Source of the DNA: a virus
Reading direction: 5' to 3' (one strand)
Length of the DNA: 64,000 nucleotides
Virus record (IMG/VR): IMGVR_UViG_3300013307_000004
Coordinates: 3,781 to 67,780 of that record
This document shows positions 59,642 through 64,000 of the stretch, one piece after another. The notes beneath the pieces are model-generated. The model made no database searches, was not told the origin of the DNA, and worked only from the letters and a program-made list of their open reading frames with translations. The translations under genes were made by a program, and so were the position numbers. How positions within the stretch are numbered: position 1 is the first letter of the stretch; every line of letters begins with the position of its first letter.

Positions 59642-61526
59642 AACCTTACCTAAACCAGGTATGGTAGGCAATCTGTTTTCGGGACATCATCCTGAGACAG
59701 GTTGGAAAGCACCTGTCGAGTTACCTTCTTTTTCTCAATATCCTCAGAATCTTAAATTCGGTTTTGATTCTGAATTCCGTTATACCACCCATGCTTCTGT
59801 GGATTCTGAAATAGCTGGAATTTCTATCTGTACTCCAGACAAGAAAAAGTATTACTTCCCAGTTGGCCACAGAGCAGGTGGGAATCTAGATGAGAACGCT
59901 GTAAAGCGATGGGCTAGAAACGAATTACGCGGTAGACACCTCTGCATACTTAATGCAAAGGGTGACTATCAGGTAATGACTCACTGGGGCGTGGATTTTG
60001 AAGAATTAGATTGTAAGCTTCATGATCCTGCCTTTAAGGCCGCTCTTCTAGACGAGAATCGACGGCGATACAATCTTGAAGAACTCTCACAGGATATTCT
60101 CGGAAAAGGAAAAGTCGATTCAGGTGTAAGGCCAACAGACATCTTTGATTGTTCTGCTTCTGAAATCGGTCCCTATGCTGAAAATGACGCTCTACTTCAT
60201 CTTGAGTTAGATTTAGCTCAGGAACCAGAAATAGCAAAGCAAGATCTAGGTAGAGTGTGTGATTTAGAAGATCAGCTAATCATCTGTACTGCTTCTATGG
60301 AATCAACAGGAGCTAAGATAGATGTTGCTAAGTTGGACCGTTGGATCAAAGAAGTAGAGCAAGCTCATCAGGAAGCTGTTCTGTCTATTTGGAGAGCCAC
60401 TGGACTTAAGGTTAATCCAAATTCTCCCAAAGACTTGAGGTCAGTATTCGATATTCTTCATTTAGAATACCCGAGATTTGAAGAAGAGCTTGGTGGTGAT
60501 GTAACTTTTGGTGAAGATTACATTTCCCAGGTTGATCATCCTGTAGTTCGAGCCTGTATAGCTGCTCGTAAACTTCATTCTTTGAATTCGAAGTACTTGA
60601 AGAAATACCGAAGACTTCTTGATCTCAATAACATTTTACGTTACACGCTTCACCAGTTACGTGGTGACGAGTACGGAACAGTGACCGGACGTTATGCCTC
60701 TTCTGGAGGACGAGATCAGAAGGGTTGTAACATTCAGCAGGTAATGAAGGTTGAAAATCAGCTAGAGGAAGAAGAGATTGCAGCATGGATTGTTCGTGAA
60801 CTCTTTATTCCTGAGGAAGGATCTGATTATGTTGCTGCGGATGCCAGCCAAATTGAATTCCGATGGTTCGCGCATTACTCTAAGTCCGAACGACTTATTA
60901 GGGAATATAATCTCGATCCCACGATGGATTTCCACCAACTCGTGGCAAACCTTCTTGGGCAAAAGAGAAAAGATGCTAAGCATAACAATTTCGGTAAGTT
61001 ATACACAATGGGAATCCCTAAACTCGCAAGGAAGCTCGGATTGCACTGTAACTGTGGATGCCCCGTAGACTTTCAGTGGGATAGGAAGAAACATACTGAT
61101 AGCTGTAGGATACACAAAGCTTTTGATATTGCTGATCAGTATGATGAACGTTTTCCAGAAGCTAAAGCACTCACTAAAGAGGCAATGAATGTCGCTAAGA
61201 ATAGAAAGTACGTACGTACGAGAATGGGTAGACGTAGAAGATACCCAGACGGTCAACGTCTCCATACGGCGCTTAATGCTATCATTCAAGGAACCGCAGC
61301 TGACACGCTCAAAGTCAAACTTCTGGAGACATTCAGAAACAGAAGATTCCTTACGATCTTACTTAGAGCTACGGTTCACGATGAACTCGACGGTGACATT
61401 CAGAATCGCGAGAGAGCGAAAGACTTTAAAGAACTCTTAGAAGCACCTGATGAACGAATCAGTTGCAGAGTTCCATTATTATGGGATGTGGTAGTCGGAA
61501 GAAACTGGAAGGAGTGTACAGAATGA
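59628..61526 (+). CDS. polA: DNA polymerase family A with 3'-5' exonuclease domain
   Basis: FDSE, YAENDA, TVTGRYAS, motif A DASQIEFR, motif B RKDAKHNNFGKLY, IQGTAAD and motif C VHDE. Confidence 0.93.
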   Translation: MAGTRTLPKPGMVGNLFSGHHPETGWKAPVELPSFSQYPQNLKFGFDSEFRYTTHASVDSEIAGISICTPDKKKYYFPVGHRAGGNLDENAVKRWARNELRGRHLCILNAKGDYQVMTHWGVDFEELDCKLHDPAFKAALLDENRRRYNLEELSQDILGKGKVDSGVRPTDIFDCSASEIGPYAENDALLHLELDLAQEPEIAKQDLGRVCDLEDQLIICTASMESTGAKIDVAKLDRWIKEVEQAHQEAVLSIWRATGLKVNPNSPKDLRSVFDILHLEYPRFEEELGGDVTFGEDYISQVDHPVVRACIAARKLHSLNSKYLKKYRRLLDLNNILRYTLHQLRGDEYGTVTGRYASSGGRDQKGCNIQQVMKVENQLEEEEIAAWIVRELFIPEEGSDYVAADASQIEFRWFAHYSKSERLIREYNLDPTMDFHQLVANLLGQKRKDAKHNNFGKLYTMGIPKLARKLGLHCNCGCPVDFQWDRKKHTDSCRIHKAFDIADQYDERFPEAKALTKEAMNVAKNRKYVRTRMGRRRRYPDGQRLHTALNAIIQGTAADTLKVKLLETFRNRRFLTILLRATVHDELDGDIQNRERAKDFKELLEAPDERISCRVPLLWDVVVGRNWKECTE

Positions 61527-62427
61527 TTCAGATCACACTAACAAAAGACCAGGTCAAACAGATCATCATTGACCATCTTCATGACAAATTGGGAAGTATG
61601 ACGATCGACGAGAAAAATGTTAAGTTCCTAGTCAAATCACGACAGAACTACAGATCTGACTGGGAAGATGCTGACGTAGTAATTACCACAGACAAAGGAA
61701 CCTATATTCCTGAAGTCAAATGCGTAGTGGAGGGAAAATGAGTGTAAAAGAAATTCAGCCTCATGAGTGGTGGATTTGGGATTCAGAAAATGAGTCCATC
61801 GAAACAGCAAATGAAAGAAGAACGCAAAAAATCAAAGAACTTAACCTAAGTTCGATGCAGATGGACGCTCTTAAGCAACTTACTTCGGTTGTCTGGGATG
61901 GTTACTTAATCAGTAAATCTGCACGATATGATCTTATGGACAAGGGATTAGTGGTTAAAGTCCAGGGATTCCAAGTTATTTCACAACAGGGACTAGCTGT
62001 TCTAGAACATCTAGAATTGCTAAGGCCTTTCGAAAGTGGAAAGAGGTATTGAATGATTCAAGTCTACGAACACATGAATATCGTACCTCGAGAGTTGAAG
62101 ATGACTGAAGACTGTGTCGATCTCTTGAGACAAGGACGCATTTCGTTTTGCTCAGAATGCAGAGCCGTCGTAGTTCAACCTATGATTCACCAAGGATGGC
62201 ATGAGAAACAGGTGACTAATGAAAGCATTACCAGGCAAAACCCGGGAACCTGAGATTCTTCCTCCAGGTACTCCAGTTCCTTATGCAAGAACATGGAACG
62301 GTGACTGGAAGATGAGAGCTGGTGGATACACTGTTAATCCAGATATCTGTTCTCACCGTGTGAAAGGATACACTCCACGAGACGGATGGTGGTGTAAGGA
62401 TTGTGGAGAGGAGCTAAAGGATCTGAA

Positions 62428-63426
62428 ATGAAAGTACTAATCACAGGTTACACAAATCGCATGTTTGGCTCAACTAGAATTCGTCGAGACTACGTGACGT
62501 TCGTGTATCTGCTAGAAGAAATTCTGAAGGAAATGGGGCATGAAGTACACAGAAAACAGATAGATATTGGGGAAGATATTTCTTATGTCTATGGATACGC
62601 TTTCTGTGGCTTAGCCCCATTGAACTCAATAACTTCTGGTAAGATTCCTGAAACTCATTACGTAGCCGATGCTATGGGAAGCAGAGTCTGTTGGTTTGCC
62701 GACGATTGGAGTTTCTGCGGTTTCGGTAAATCAGTAAGATACTCTCTCAACAGGTGGGAAGATTACTTGAGCTACAAGAATTTCCCATACAAAGAAGATG
62801 TCTTGAGCCGAACTCGCGAATCTCTTGATCTCATGATGAGAATTGAGAATCCTTTAAACAATCACCCTGTCTTAGCTCCTATGTTTCCATGGGGCAACCA
62901 TAACTTCTTGATCGAGGAGAACTTCAATGCATGTCTCTATACAATTGATCCAAGCCCTTGGCTCAAGTACCCTTCAATCTCAATTCCTGAGCCTCATGAA
63001 AAACAAAGAAAATGGGTTATGGCTGCTCTTTCCAATCACTCAGCTTGGGTCAATAGACAGAGATTTACTTTCCCCGTGGAATATGTTGGAAACAAGAATC
63101 TTGGGCAGCAACTTACAGAAGATCAAACTATCCAGCTTTTCGCTAACAGTTTCGGAGTTCTCTCCACGGGATATCCAAGTGCCGGATCTGGTTGGTGGAG
63201 AACGCGTTATCTCAATGCAGTTTGGGCAGAGAGTCCTGTGTACTCTGATCCATCCGATTCAGCTAGAATGGGAGAAGCTTTTCGAGGAACTCCGAGCGAG
63301 TTTGAATCAGAATATGGGCTCCCGGAATATACCCATAGAGTTGAAGGTCAACGTGATTGGCTCAATTCCAACCTAGGAACAAAAGAGCAAGCAATGGAAA
63401 CTCTTGAAAGGTTGATGGCGAAATGA
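62428..63426 (+). CDS. GT-B fold DNA glycosyltransferase, T4 BGT-like
   Basis: MKVLITG...YLLEEILKEMGHEV start resembles T4 BGT; C-terminal GWWRTRYLNA...PVYSD; context next to the TS homologue and PolA. Confidence 0.6.
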   Translation: MKVLITGYTNRMFGSTRIRRDYVTFVYLLEEILKEMGHEVHRKQIDIGEDISYVYGYAFCGLAPLNSITSGKIPETHYVADAMGSRVCWFADDWSFCGFGKSVRYSLNRWEDYLSYKNFPYKEDVLSRTRESLDLMMRIENPLNNHPVLAPMFPWGNHNFLIEENFNACLYTIDPSPWLKYPSISIPEPHEKQRKWVMAALSNHSAWVNRQRFTFPVEYVGNKNLGQQLTEDQTIQLFANSFGVLSTGYPSAGSGWWRTRYLNAVWAESPVYSDPSDSARMGEAFRGTPSEFESEYGLPEYTHRVEGQRDWLNSNLGTKEQAMETLERLMAK

Positions 63427-63587
63427 TGACTCTTATGGATATCGCGGATCAGCTGCATAGGATAGCTATCTCATTAGAAAGACTTCCTGGTATAATGATT
63501 GGAGTAGCATTCATGGTAATTAGCGCTGCTCTAATAATTAGATCAGGTCTTAATAAGATAGCAGAAGCAATCAGGGAGAAACTCTAA
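63423..63587 (+). CDS. Small membrane protein
   Basis: Hand translation shows one hydrophobic segment GIMIGVAFMVISAALII. Confidence 0.45.
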   Translation: MMTLMDIADQLHRIAISLERLPGIMIGVAFMVISAALIIRSGLNKIAEAIREKL

Positions 63588-63588
63588 A

Positions 63589-64000
63589 GTGAGAGAAAAC
63601 TACTTCAATGCTAACTTTTCTAGTAAGCTGGAGAAGGAAATAGGGGGCGTGGTTATCAAAAGTAGCGATCGGACTACTCTTGGATTACCTGACTCTTATC
63701 ATGCTTTTAAGGGAGTAGTTACATTCTTCGAAGTTAAGATTAATGAAGCTAAGAATGCTGTTCAGCTTCATGATGGTGTTATGTCTTGTCAACCATGGGA
63801 TGCTATAAATGACCTCAGGCAGTATGAGGTTTGTAAACGTTTGGCCCGGTGTGCAACCGTTTTATATGTTATATATCATCCCATTGCTTGCACAACCGCC
63901 TTGATACCCCTGGATTTACTGGCGAAATACAACAGGAAACGAAATGACAATCACTTGATCTGGTTACCCAAAGGACCTTACTTCGTAGACGGCTATGGAA
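63589..64000 (+). CDS. VRR-NUC/PD-(D/E)XK nuclease, probable resolvase (truncated)
   Basis: Hand translation MRENYF...TLGLPDS...TFFEVKI. Confidence 0.7.
   Translation, partial: MRENYFNANFSSKLEKEIGGVVIKSSDRTTLGLPDSYHAFKGVVTFFEVKINEAKNAVQLHDGVMSCQPWDAINDLRQYEVCKRLARCATVLYVIYHPIACTTALIPLDLLAKYNRKRNDNHLIWLPKGPYFVDGYG

Overview
The window is part of the genome of a tailed dsDNA bacteriophage with a contractile tail; no integrase or host genes are visible. Bases 1-26.5 kb (minus strand) hold a packaging, head, neck, tail and baseplate module: PBSX-type TerL, DUF1073 portal, MuF, DUF2213 protease/scaffold, DUF2184 capsid, DUF3383 sheath, a tape measure with a GH73-like domain, and baseplate J. The module ends in a fibre-like ORF of at least 1098 aa that runs off the left edge and starts with a Sec-type signal peptide. 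A short plus-strand island (26.7-28.8 kb) separates the probable TerS from TerL. A repeat-rich control region lies at about 29.7-30.4 kb. From 30.4 kb the plus strand carries dozens of small early genes behind a repeated promoter/operator motif, followed by replication genes (SNF2 helicase, AEP primase, UvrD helicase, PolA). It also carries a likely cytosine hypermodification pathway: a dCMP-type thymidylate synthase homologue, a dNMP kinase fused to a UDG-like domain, a BGT-like glycosyltransferase, an FkbM methyltransferase, MazG-like and NDT-like proteins, ThyX and dCMP deaminase. The most notable unexplained signals are three dispersed ~110-bp elements with helically phased CCAGGG arms and a fixed-length pseudo-palindromic core, four paralogous winged-helix-like proteins, the signal-peptide-bearing fibre, and several structured non-coding RNA candidates. 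All family assignments come from reading motifs by eye; no database search was run.
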